64,000 nucleotides of DNA, taken from Eledone cirrhosa. Its lineage: Eukaryota. The DNA lies in the NCBI GenBank assembly GCA_964016885.1, contig OZ024745.1, forward strand, positions 107,074,001 to 107,138,000, given 5' to 3'. The notes beneath the pieces were generated by a model. The model saw only the letters and a list, made by a program, of their open reading frames with translations. It searched no databases and was not told the DNA's origin. Below are positions 1-13,484 of the stretch, one piece after another (position 1 is the first letter of the stretch; every line of letters starts with the position of its first letter). A program made the position numbers and the translations under genes.

Positions 1-267
1 CTTCCTCTTAGTTTTATATATTCTTGATGTTTTCTTTCACAGGAGTGAATTGTTTGCACACACAAACTCTATCATGTCATTGTTGTTCTTGAGAAAATAA
101 ATGTAAATTTGAATAGTGTTTGTTCAAGTTATACTAAAAGGAATGTAAGAAAAGAAACTTTTCTTGTATTTTTTTACTTATCTCAGTCAGTAACGCGGCC
201 ATGCGGGGGTACTGTCTTGATTCAGTCGATAATTTCGACTTCAGCATCTATTTTTCAATTGACGCTG

Positions 268-372
268 CACACCAGGTCCGAACACAGAAGAGCCGAACTC
301 CCACTGTTATCGCCTCCATCTCTCTCGCTCTCCCCATCTCTCTATATTATGAGGAAATGGGGGCCCACGTGC
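268..372. repeat. Dispersed ~105-bp repeat, second copy at 34278-34381
   Basis: caccaggtccgaa..aactcccactgt..ctctccccatct..tattatga..aaatgggg.cccac aligns at both loci. Confidence 0.7.
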
Positions 373-1520
373 TGGCCGTTCAAGTTATTGTTGTTGCTGC
401 ATTTGTGTTTGTATTATTGATATCATTTTTTGTTTTTTTTTGTGTAGTTGTTTGTTCATTGTCATTGTTTAAATATGGTTCCTGTTGGTTTATTATTATT
501 GATGTGTTGTTGTTGCTGTTGTTGTATTTTTGTTTTTCACCTGCTTAACTCACAACTCACATACTACATTTCTCTATTTAGTCTTGAGAATCAGCAAAAA
601 CCACTTCGTCTTTTAGACATAATCATCTCCCACACCGCAGGGTCACATTCATCACTAGGTGAGAAGTCTGTGGTAGCAAATGTTATGTCCATTTGAATTG
701 ACTGATTTGTTTTTTTTAGCAGAGGTCACTCCTCTGCGACTATAGTAGAAATGGCAGTTCTTGCTGTATCGTTTGTGTCTTTCGATCTTCATGGTGATGT
801 TTTTGACAATGACAAACCAACATTGTTGTTAATAATACTGCTTTAATATTAGAGATAGCAGCAGCAGTGTTTTAGTTTATAGAGTCTCTGAGAGAACGCT
901 TAGAGCGTTTAAATTTTCTTTCGAACACACGTATTATCTAGGAAAGTTAGCCTTCAGTATATTCAATAACATTTCTGAGATACTATGAAACTCCCAGGCG
1001 CAAATAGAATGTACTTCACATATTCCCTCTCTCATATGCTCTGCACACGATTATAGAAAGTCCCGCAGTTGAAAATGTCATGGCCATTGAATAATTTAGG
1101 CATTATGCTCCTTACTATCACTATCATGGTTTGAACCCTTTTAGTCCGATATTAGTCGGAAATTTCTGTAAAGATTCAGGTGTAGTCTACATCGAAATCT
1201 CCAGCTACATCTTCAAGTGTGTATATGTGTGAGTGTGCTAGTATAAATATAAATAGGCGCCTTAGTGTGTATGTGTATCTCCATTTTAAGTAAGCATAAA
1301 TATGTGTATGTATAGTTGTTTACAGAAATATATGTGTATGTAACACTCAATTTATGCGCATATATGTATACATTTCTGCATGAATATGTGTGTGCGCAAA
1401 TGTGTGTTCATGCATATTTATTTCTAAAGAAACAACAAAAGTGATTCAATTTATTCCGATTGATAAGAAAATCATAACATCACACAAACAAACATAGTCA
1501 CAGGAAGACATCTAGTCAAT

Positions 1521-1572
<52 letters not shown>

Positions 1573-1584
1573 ACACATATACAT

Positions 1585-1677
<93 letters not shown>

Positions 1678-1691
1678 TACATACACACACA

Positions 1692-1747
<56 letters not shown>

Positions 1748-2210
1748 TATAGCGTCTAAAGTATGGAAACTACACAACAGACAGAATAACTGAATTATTG
1801 AATAAATAAATAAATAAATATATTTAAACAAGAAAACAAAATTATAAACATATAAATATTATATCAATAAGAGAGCGGCAAGATTACCAGCTTGATAAGG
1901 TTTCGAATCACTTAAACAGATTCCAACATCACCGAAGGGGAATTGGAAAAAGACAAAGACTGGACAGTATGACTCCGCAGAAAATGAGGGACTTTACGCT
2001 ATGGGTCAGCCTTTACGAGACCTTTCCTCGAACATCAATGTTTGCTTGTTTTTTCCCTTTCCCCTTATCTGCATATACATCTATCTCTCACCCACGCTTT
2101 CTCATTCATTTTGTGTCTCTTTCATTCACTATCTTATTCTGTCACCGAATTTTCACAAACTTTACCAAACAATTTGTCTCCATTTTTTTTATTTACTACA
2201 CATACAGATA

Positions 2211-2256
<46 letters not shown>

Positions 2257-2668
2257 ATGCACACGCACAAACACACACATACACACACAGATACAACATA
2301 CACACACACACATACAGACAGACAAATACACACGCATACATACGTTCACTTTTACACGCCCACGCATTTACAGAAACATGTACCCATCTTTGTATATTTG
2401 TGTATATATTCTTCTTTCCTTGTGTTTTATTCGTAGGTGTATAATGAATATACGTGCATAGGGTATATATGTGTGTGTAGGTGCACGTGGTGTATGCGTG
2501 GAACAATATGTATAGATACAAACTGTATAATTTATTATTCATGAAATAGTTTCATAATATTACTTAGAGAAAGTTTTACACTTTCCATGGTAGAATCAGT
2601 AGAGCCGGACAAAACCACATATTTTCTCGAATAATGTTTGTAAGCTGCGCATATACATACATATAATT

Positions 2669-2738
<70 letters not shown>

Positions 2739-2743
<5 letters not shown>

Positions 2744-2946
2744 AACGAGTAGGACCCCGACGGCTGAGCTCAAGCCGTTTCGACGGCTAATTCTGGACGG
2801 CTAATAATGTCCAGAATTAGCCGACGAAACGGCTTGAGCTCAGCCGTCGGGGCCCTACTCGTTCCTATTACCCACTCTACTACCCTAACTATTGAGTACT
2901 TTGGTGTGTTATGGTCCACTTGGTTCCTTACCACATTTCCTTCGTT
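2739..2946 (+). mobile_element. Fold-back element in (TA)n with 3' half of a hammerhead, copy 1
   Basis: ~60-bp inverted arms spanning 2739-2868; GAAA-cggct..agccg-TC; shared tail tacccactctactacc..ggttccttaccac. Confidence 0.85.
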
Positions 2947-3112
2947 ATATATATATATATATAAACACGTGCGCGCGCACATACACACACATATATATAT
3001 TTATACATATATATACACACGCGCGCGCGCATATACACACATATATATATATTTATACATATATATAAATATAAATATATATATATTTATTATTTATTAT
3101 AAGAACCGATTA

Positions 3113-3165
3113 AAGTTTAAGCAAAGAATCGCTGCTTTCACCCTTAACGGTATCTTCTGAAACTC
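3113..3165 (-). ncRNA. Hammerhead-like fold with variant core CAGAAGA
   Basis: rc: gagttt CAGAAGA t accgttaagggt GAAA gcag..ttgc TT aaactt; related fragment at ~16413-16460. Confidence 0.5.
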
Positions 3166-3201
3166 AGAATTCCTAATTAGCTGTCTTCTATTTGCTCTAC
3201 A

Positions 3202-3718
<517 letters not shown>

Positions 3719-4130
3719 ATATATATATATATACATTTATTAAAATAACAGATTATTATTATTACTATATGACATAACCTGTGTATTTGCTGGCATGGGC
3801 GTGCATCTGTGCGCTTATGTTAGTTGATATATTAAATTATCTATATTTATCTCCAAATCACTGATTTGTCGAGCAAACTTGTCAAAACCACTTCTAAAAA
3901 AAATTTTTTTTGGGGTGTTAGTAGGCGTCAGTCATCTTACCATCCCATTCCTTCTAACTAGCCTCTGTGTCACGTGATTGATTCTTTAGAATCGGCCATT
4001 TGACTTGAAGCAGTGAGAATTTCGGTACATAGAATCCAGTCCTCGCAAGCTGTTCGATCTACCGAATTATTATTATTTTTATATGAGCCGCCAGTGTCCG
4101 CGCATTGCCTGGAGACTTAACTGAGAATAG

Positions 4131-4212
4131 ACTTCCTGATGACGCAATGAATTCTCGACAGTTGGATTACGTAACTGTCTTTATCCCATTGCAGAAACTA
4201 ATTAGTTGGAGT
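4131..4212 (+). ncRNA. Type I hammerhead ribozyme with extended stem II
   Basis: acttc CTGATGA c gcaatg..[gacagtt/aactgtc]..cattgc a GAAA ctaatta GTT ggagt; palindromic stem III. Confidence 0.8.
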
Positions 4213-4689
4213 GAAAATTTAAGTAAGAAAAAAATTTTTTTTAAATTTTTTTTAAAAAAATATTTTCTTATTTTACGTCCTTTATATTATTGTTCTGCAT
4301 TCTCCTGCATTGAACCACCTAGGTACTATGACATAACCTGTGTATTTGCTGGCATGGGCGTGCATCTGTGCGCTTATGTTAGTTGATATATTAAATTATC
4401 TATATTTATCTCCAAATCACTGATTTGTCGAGCAAACTTGTCAAAACCACTTCTAAAAAAAATTTTTTTTGGGGTGTTAGTAGGCGTCAGTCATCTTACC
4501 ATCCCATTCCTTCTAACTAGCCTCTGTGTCACGTGATTGATTCTTTAGAATCGGCCATTTGACTTGAAGCAGTGAGAATTTCGGTACATAGAATCCAGTC
4601 CTCGCAAGCTGTTCGATCTACCGAATTATTATTATTTTTATATGAGCCGCCAGTGTCCGCGCATTGCCTGGAGACTTAACTGAGAATAG

Positions 4690-4771
4690 ACTTCCTGATG
4701 ACGCAATGAATTCTCGACAGTTGGATTACGTAACTGTCTTTATCCCATTGCAGAAACTAATTAGTTGGAGT
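4690..4771 (+). ncRNA. Type I hammerhead ribozyme, second tandem copy
   Basis: Same sequence as 4131-4212. Confidence 0.8.
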
Positions 4772-4838
4772 GAAAATTTAAGTAAGAAAAAAATTTTTTT
4801 TAAATTTTTTTTAAAAAAATATTTTCTTATTTTACGTC

Positions 4839-4875
<37 letters not shown>

Positions 4876-4918
4876 CCTCATCGAGCCCTCTTCGGATTTT
4901 AGTCTTCACATTTATTAT

Positions 4919-4960
<42 letters not shown>

Positions 4961-5099
4961 TGTATATACATATTGTTTGATATAGAAATGGCTTCGTGTA
5001 TGTGTGAGTTTTCATGTCTGTATGTGTTTGTGTTTGTGTCTCCAGCTTTGAATGTTAACAGATAGGTTTCAATATCTATTAGTGTGCGTATGTAGTTAT

Positions 5100-6265
5100 T
5101 ATATCCTAAATTTTCTGGAATGTTTGACATATTTTTATAGTTCATTAATAAACTGTACCTGCAACTTACTAATTACCTGTCTTCTTCCTGGCTCTGTGAT
5201 GCCCATCTTCCCCCGGTTTTGTACGGTGGCAGTTAATATATCCAATTGCCCCAATGACACCCAAATTTAAATGTATAGTCAGAATGGATTATCTGTAGAT
5301 TCCTTATAAATTCGGTATACATATTTTTCCTTTCACTGAACTGTAACCCTATTTTATCATCTGCTTGGCAGTTGATTTCCATTATCGTAGATGCCTTCTT
5401 TTCCGTGTCCCACATCATTATGTCTGAATACTTATATCTATATTTTATTGGGATTTTGACTGGAACATTCCAACAATACCATTTCATATTATGTATGCAA
5501 ACGCCCTCCACATCGCAGTGACGTTTGAAATGTTTATCCTCGGCACTATCCTTTCTATGTATTGCATTGTGTAGGATTTTGGACACCACATCGTTTTTAG
5601 GTAGATAGTATCAGGATGAAATCTTCGAATACTTGCTTATGATGTAGATGATATCTTCTATGTTTATTCTGCATAGGGATCATCTGTTGTCATATCTAGG
5701 TGTTTGTCTACATAACTATCTCTTTTCTATACCAGGTATTTCGTTGTTATTCACTGTTTCTGGATTGCAAAAGTATATCCTTCTAAGTAAGAACAAATAT
5801 ACCGATTGTTCGACCAAGATAGACTAATTTTGTTATCTCTATTACTCTTACATTGAAGCTTTCTGACGATATAGCCATACATGAGTGTTTGCTGATAAGC
5901 ATACAACTTTTCTTCCACTGATTTGTTACGGTAGTGCTATGCAATTTCCTTGGGTGAGAGATTTTCGTTATCATTCAGAAAGTACTTCTCAGAAAGCCCT
6001 TTCCCAAATCATATGATTTTATCTGGCTGAAGTAGGGAGACTTGTTCTGTGACCGGGATTGATTCTACGTTTGATGATAAGTTGATACTGTTGAAAGGTA
6101 TAATGCGACATTCAGACGGCATTTAGATCAATGCCAAGCCTTTGCCTCCCTGTTTACAATTTAGATAAAAGTGGTTTATGTCATTATTGATGTGGAAATT
6201 TCCGTTGTCGGTTATTAGAATTCTCCAGGTTTTAATATTATTGAATCGGATCCCTTCTACAGTTA
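5100..6265 (-). pseudogene. Decayed R4/Dong-like non-LTR retrotransposon 3' part (post-RT region, CCHC remnant, RLE nuclease)
   Basis: Translated motifs GNFHINND..KQGGKGL, GYTFAIQKQ*ITTKYL, LCRINIEDI, DVVSKILH..WNVPVK..SDIMMWD..IMEINCQADD; many stops. Confidence 0.75.
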
Positions 6266-6274
6266 AGTAGTCCA

Positions 6275-6644
<370 letters not shown>

Positions 6645-6648
6645 TATA

Positions 6649-6720
<72 letters not shown>

Positions 6721-6722
<2 letters not shown>

Positions 6723-7331
6723 GGTGGCTGCCAACTCGTTTTCGAGTACGGCCACTACTTTATATCCATGTAGGAGGACCCCTACCGATGCGCTGAACGA
6801 GTGTGACTTTTCAGTCCGGCCAGCGACTTGAAAACCCCGGTACAAACACTACACATGTGACAATTATTGACACATAGTGCTGGGCCCATGGTACCATGTG
6901 ACGACAAGTGCAGAGAGATCTCCAGATATAAAGCAATGCCTGTGCCGTGAAGTTTTTATAGTGAGCAAAGGCACTGCACAAAGCCAGTCCCACTCTCTTA
7001 ACCAAGATGATATTTACCAAAAAGAAGAACAAGTCAACATCATTGGATATCATCAGGGTTGCAGGTGTGATATCAGAGTTTTCCTTCTCCTAGAATTCTG
7101 CCTTGACAAAGGCTAAGGGGTCATCTCTCCCGGTGATTTTGGATGGTCATTGACTCTTAAGAGCTCCTTTGCCCTTTGACAGGTTTTGTTTTTAGTCCTG
7201 CAGGATGTCCAAAGTCACCCTCCTCACCAAGAAAACTTGGTGGGGTTGCCAGTTTAGTCGCCAACGACCCGACCATGGGACAGGTTGTACTGGGATACAT
7301 GTTACCAGTAGCACCAACTGGTGACCTGACA
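6721..7331 (-). mobile_element. Non-autonomous RTE-related retroelement, longest copy
   Basis: rc contains ttagcctttgtcaaggcagaattctaggagaaggaaaactctga (RTE 5'UTR-type motif); ends in (TA)n; no ORF. Confidence 0.65.
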
Positions 7332-7621
7332 TAATATACATACATACATATATACATACATACACATATATATACATACATACATATATACACACATACA
7401 CATACTTATACATACACATATATATACATACATATACATATACATACATATACATATACATACACATATACATACATATATATACATACATACATATACA
7501 TACATACATATATATATACATACATACATATACACACACACACATACATACATACATATATATATACATACACACATATATACATACATATATATACATA
7601 ACATACACATATATATACATA

Positions 7622-7653
<32 letters not shown>

Positions 7654-7685
7654 CATACATGCATACACATATATATACATATATA

Positions 7686-7717
<32 letters not shown>

Positions 7718-7750
7718 CATACATACATACATATACATACATACACACAT

Positions 7751-7783
<33 letters not shown>

Positions 7784-7914
7784 CATACATACACACATAT
7801 ACACACATACATACACACATACATACATATATACATACATACATACATATACACACACACATACATATATATATATACATACATATATACATACATATAT
7901 ATATACATACACAT

Positions 7915-7947
<33 letters not shown>

Positions 7948-7948
7948 C

Positions 7949-8358
7949 ATGGTGGCTGCCAACTCGTTTTCGAGTACGGCCACTTCTTTATATCCATGTA
8001 GGAGAACCCCTACCGAAGCGCTGAACGAGTGTGACTTTTTAGTCCAGCCAGTGACTTGAAAACTCTGGTACAAACACTACACTTGTGACAATTATTGACA
8101 CATAGTGCTGGGCCCATGGTACCATGTGAGGACAAGTGCAGAGAGATCTCCAGATATAAAGCAATGCCTGTGCCGTGAAGCTTTTATAGTGAGCAAAGGC
8201 ACTGCACAAAGCCAGTCCCACTCTCTTAACCAAGATGATATTTACCAAAAAGAAGAACAAGTCAACATCATTGGATACCATCAGGGTTACAGGTGTTATA
8301 TCAGAGTTTTCCTTCACCTAGAATTCTGCCTTGACAAAGGCTAAGGGGTCATCTCTCC

Positions 8359-8361
<3 letters not shown>
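7949..8361 (-). mobile_element. 5'-truncated second copy of the 6721 element
   Basis: Highly similar to 6721-7133. Confidence 0.85.
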
Positions 8362-8396
<35 letters not shown>

Positions 8397-8401
8397 TATA
8401 T

Positions 8402-8464
<63 letters not shown>

Positions 8465-8767
8465 ATATATATATATATATGTATATATATAAATATATAT
8501 ATATAAAATATATATATATCTATATCCAAAATTAAGATAAATCAAAGTGAATTTAATTTAAATCAAAACTATGGGTGTCATGCCAGAAAGGCATGCGCCA
8601 TATCACCCGTAAAATAAGCTCCAAGATTCTAATGAATAGGTCCGAGCATTTTATAACAACTAGAAATTGATTAACATATAAATAAACATATAAACATATA
8701 TATATATATATAATATACATATATATAATATATATATACATATATATATATATAAATATATATATAC

Positions 8768-8818
<51 letters not shown>

Positions 8819-8847
8819 CATATATATATATATATGTATATATATAC

Positions 8848-8904
<57 letters not shown>

Positions 8905-8982
8905 GGAGGTGAGTTTTATTGTAGTACAATAAAGCAATGCAGATATCGGATAAGAAGCACTCTACAGTTTGTAGGACTGGAG

Positions 8983-9250
8983 TATACATAATATAAGATC
9001 AAAAGATGGTTAGAGGAGTTCCATGTATTTTATTATGCACATTTCAAAAACAAACATCATCATGCAATAATATTTGTGTTTTCATCAGATAAAACAGGAG
9101 AAAATGATATGAAGGCTAAAGAACACTTGTGGATAGTGCAGTTTTAAATCAACATTTAAATCAACAAATATTATTGCATGATGATGTTTGTTTTTGAAAT
9201 GCGCATAATAAAATACATGGAACTCCTCTAACCATCTTTTGATCTTATAT

Positions 9251-9258
<8 letters not shown>
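8983..9258. mobile_element. Inverted duplication (~95-bp arms) of a hammerhead element
   Basis: Arms 8983-9077 and 9164-9258, ending in (TA)n. Confidence 0.85.
9028..9094 (-). ncRNA. Type I hammerhead ribozyme (AU-rich)
   Basis: rc: ttttat CTGATGA aaac acaaatat..atgtttgt tttt GAAA tgtgc ATA ataaaa. Confidence 0.7.
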
Positions 9259-9310
<52 letters not shown>

Positions 9311-9970
9311 AGTGTTTGTGTTTGTGTGTTCTATGAATTTTACTAGAATGAATCACCGTATGAAATTACAACAATTTCCAATCCGGGGAAGCAATAATTT
9401 TAATATGAAAAATTATTTAAGGAATCTTAAATTTAGAAAGACATAAACTAAAATAAAAATATAGATATATAAATAAATACATATCCAGTTTGGCGCGAGG
9501 GTTTATGAATAGAGAAGAAATTGAAGTAGGGTGCAATGAACAGAATGAATGCAAGAATAGTGGCTGAGATGAAATGATAAAATGAACGAAAGGAATGAGA
9601 AATGGAACGAGGAGAAATATAAATTAAAAGAGACGAAATAAGAATCACAGTTGAGAGTTAGAAACATATAGGTTTTAGCGAGATAGATAGAATAGATAGA
9701 ATAGACAGATAGATAGATAGATAGATAGATAACTTTCTATTTATTTGCCACCAGGGCATCAAAGATTGGGACAAATACAAGGGAGGGAGGAGTTTACAGA
9801 TATTTCAAAGGACGTGTAAAAACATATAACAAATAAAATTCAACAATCGAAGTCCTCAATAGGGAGGGGGCGTTGACGTGGGTCGCACACACCCCCGAAA
9901 AAAATGTGCAACCCTCCTCCTCAGGAGCACACAGAGAGGGTGCTCCCTTCCTCTCCTCTTTCTTCTCCTC

Positions 9971-12900
9971 TCACCTACAGGCTGATATATAGAGAGAAGG
10001 CCCATTCACTCGGGCGATTCTCGCCTCTTTCACCCACCTTTCATAAAACTTGCTGGGGTAGAGCACCTCTCTCTCCATTCTGATCCTTCTTCTAATATGG
10101 TACTTGAAAAAAAGGACCAGTTGTTGGCCGGAGAGAAAATAGTCTGACCTCAGCCCATTCAAACTCGTCCAACATAGAACCTCTTTCGCCATAGCTATCA
10201 CACAGAGGAAAACCGCCTCTCCTTCGTTTTTGAAGGGGGGAGGCGGTTTGATCGTGACAATGTACTCGGTGGTCAACCGGATTGGTGCCACCCGCGACAG
10301 TAGTCGTTCCACATAGCCCCACAGGTCAGCAACGCCCGGGCAGTGTACGAATGCGCACGCGACGGTTTCTTCGTCACGCACGCATCTCGGAGAGATCTTC
10401 TTCGAGTGTTCCCTACCCGGGGACCCGTCTATGTAGAGCTTGTCCCGAACGGGTAGAGCTCCTAGGTAGCAATGCCAAGCCAGGGACTTTTGGAAATTGT
10501 CCATCGGTCCCGGGCCAAACGTCTTCCCGAACAGATTGGCTAGCTCGTCTTCTTCCATGCCCAGAGCCTCTCCGAGAGCGTCGTCGCACTTGCTGCGCAC
10601 TTGCTGCGCACGAATCCTCTATAGAATGTTGAGGTTGAGTCTCCACTGATTGCCGTATCCGCTTGTCAGAGGGCTGTGAGCGCCTGGGCACATTCAATAT
10701 GCCAGTCGCCCATTTTTTTCGGTATTTGCTTGACCCAGGATTGCAGCTCGGTGAGTGAGACGAGTCTCGGAAAGGCTCGCCTCACAAAAGGGACCCACAC
10801 CGGCTGACCGGTGAGGAATACCTGGAGGTGCCGTAGCCTTAATGCGTGTCTACGCATCTTCAGCCACGGCATCCCCAGCCCTCCGTTCGAAGGGTGTTGA
10901 CAGCAGATGGATCTTCTCACAAAATGGGCCCGCTTCTTCCAAAGGAATCGGAAGAGCGCGCGCTCTATTTTGGCGAGTCTTTTCGCTGGGCAAGGCACGA
11001 CGGTCAAGCGGTAGTAGATGACGGACGCTATATAAGTGTTCGCCACCTCCGCTCGACCTTTCAGGGATAGTTTGCACTCGGCCCACTTCTGTGCGAGTGC
11101 AAACACCCTGTCCGTTACCTCGTCCCAGTTTTTCTCCACCTGGAGGTCTGGTCCGAACTAGACCCCGAGTAGCTTCACAGGTCCCTCCGTCCAGCGTCCG
11201 ACGACGCCGTCGGAGGGCATCGGTTTGCCTCTCTACGCTCCGAGTTGCAAACCAACGGACTTGTCCCGGTTCAGCTTGGCTCCTATAAACCTTTCGTATT
11301 CCTCCAGTAAGGTGCCGATCTGCCCGATTTCCGAGGCGCACGACACCATTACCGTCATGTCAGCGGCGTAGGCCAACACCGCCTTCCGCAATCCCAGTTC
11401 CAAGGGGATTCCCTGCAACAGCTCCAACTTCCGCAGTAGTGGCTCGAGAGCCAGCACATACATAAGGGAGGAGAGAAGGCATCCCTGTCGGATGGATCGC
11501 GATTTGGAACGGCTCCGAGATGTAGCCGTTCACCTTGACTCTCGAGCAGGTGTTGCTGCTGTGCATTGCAGCAATCCAGCCCCTGAAAACGGGTCCGAAG
11601 CCTGCCGCTGCGAGCACCGCATCCAACTACCGATGGTCGACCCTATCGAACGCCTTAGATTGATCCAAGTTGATCAGGGCCCCACCAAAGCCGGATTCGT
11701 TCCCTACCCTCTCTACGATGTATCGCATGAGGTGGAGGTTGTCGTGTATGGACCTGGACGGGATTGCGCATGTCTGCGCTTCTCCCACCAGGTTCCCGAC
11801 GACAAGCGCCAACCTCTTCGCTAACACCTTGGCCAAAATCTTTAACTCAGTGTTTAGCAGAGTTATGGGCCTGAAGTTATCTATGTCATGCCCCTTGTTC
11901 TCGTCCTTCCTCACCAGCGTGACTATACCCTTGGTCACATAACTGGGAATTCTCCCGTTCTGTTGCCAGTTGTAGTAGACCGCCTCAAGGAGATTGGGGA
12001 ACAAGTCCGGCATCGCTACATAAAGTTCGTATGGTAGACCATCGAGACCGGGAGATTTGCGTTTGCCGCATTGGCTCAGCCCTTCCCCTATCTCTGAAAA
12101 CGGCCTTTCGCACGACTTCGCCTCCCCGTCCGAGAGCTGCGGCAGACCGTCAAGCTATAGACCGAAATCCATGGCCTCACCCGGCCCGCCGCCCCTCCCG
12201 AACAGTCGTGCAAAGCGCCGTTGAAAGGCCGCGCACATCCGCTCAGGTTCAAGGATCACGCGTCCATCCTGGTCCTTCAAAGACCGAATCGTGGACTTGT
12301 TTCCACTTTTTGCCTCTGTCACTCGGGCCCAGCTAACAGCTTTGGCTCCCTCGTTACCAAGAGCACGTATATTACTCCTGACAACGCAGCCCTCGTGCTT
12401 CACGTCAAAGAACTCATCTAGGGCCGTTCTTGATGCCAGCACGCCGGCCACGTTGCCACTCCTAATTGACTCTTCTACTCTATTTGTTAATTCCCTTTCA
12501 GTTCTATTCCTATCTGATGCTAATTCCTGACTAAAACCTATCGATTCTATTCTAATTTCTCTCTTGAGAGAGCCCCACCACCTGCTGTTGACAATGGCCC
12601 TCGTCAACCGCTGCTTAACTAGTGTGCTAATCCGCTTACTGTAAGCTTTGTTTGTCGGTAAGGACAAGTTTAGCTTCCAGTAACCGGGTCCTTGTCTATG
12701 GGTTCTATCAAGGTTGACCACTCCGGTCACCAACTTGTGATCCGAATAGTCAACCATGAACATTCGTGGACAGCTTAATATGTCCCTATCCTTATTTCTA
12801 ACTAGGAACCTATCTAGGTACGACCTAGATGTTCCGCTGCGATTAGTCCACGTCCACAGTGGCACAGTCGGAAAATCTAGTCGATATCTATCGGCCAGAT

Positions 12901-13417
12901 CAAATCGGCCGATTAACCGTTTGAGGCTGTTACACCCCCCTCTATTGGGACATGCCCCTACATATTCCCAACGTGCATCCATGATACCATTCCAGTCCCC
13001 CACTAAAAGCAAGGAGCGAGATGTTCCCGGAAAAGTCTCTAGGCGTTGGAAGAAGTTCGGTCGCGGTGTCCCAGATGGGGCATACGCTGCCACCAGCCTG
13101 AAGGCTCCACCTTCACTACTGCCGAGGTCTAGAACCACCAGTTGGCCCTCCGGGTCCAGGAGTAGCTTCTCTGTTGCGAGGCCCCGGTGTTTTCGCAGCA
13201 GAACGACCACCCCGCCCCCACTCCCCGGCTGACAGTGAGATGCGTAGATCTCAAAGTCGTCGAAGATGGGGGCCAGTTGGTGCTCGCTGCTGATCCTGGA
13301 CTTGCAAATAGCTATCACATCCATTATGTGCGACCTGCGGTCATTTAAGAGTTTGCCCTGCTTCCAGGACATTCCCAGGCCGCGCACATTTAAACATCCA
13401 ACTCTTATAACAGCCAT
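9971..13417 (-). pseudogene. Tx1-type ORF2 (APE endonuclease + reverse transcriptase), disrupted
   Basis: CLNVRGL, GDWNG, SYLDRF, SDH; FRPITLLNTELKILAK, LDQSKAFDRVDH; YADD mutated to YAAD; frameshifts and stops. Confidence 0.92.
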
Positions 13418-13484
13418 GTTGGTGGTGAAGACTTTAGAGTGGAGAAAAAGGAAAAGACACCTACCTGGGGACCAGGCTGCACAA

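Larger units (their letters stand above)
3768..4846 (+). mobile_element. Tandem dimer (559-bp period) of a hammerhead-bearing element, retrozyme or PLE pLTR-like
   Basis: 3768-4287 and 4327-4846 appear identical; one HHR per unit; ends in (TA)n. Confidence 0.9.

Noticed and set aside
172-255. Possible reverse-strand tail of another octopod SINE
   Set aside because: Single degenerate fragment recognised only from memory, with no second copy in the window
1886-2046. Two hammerhead-like remnants (gaatc/gattc-GAAA on the minus strand; gaggg/ttcctc-GAAC on the plus strand)
   Set aside because: No CUGANGA core and no convincing stem I
4105-5065. Duplicated ORF MPGDLTENRLPDDAMN..
   Set aside because: Non-ATG start, overlaps the hammerhead, runs into A/T tracts, and the stem II region is not conserved as protein in the 63371 relative
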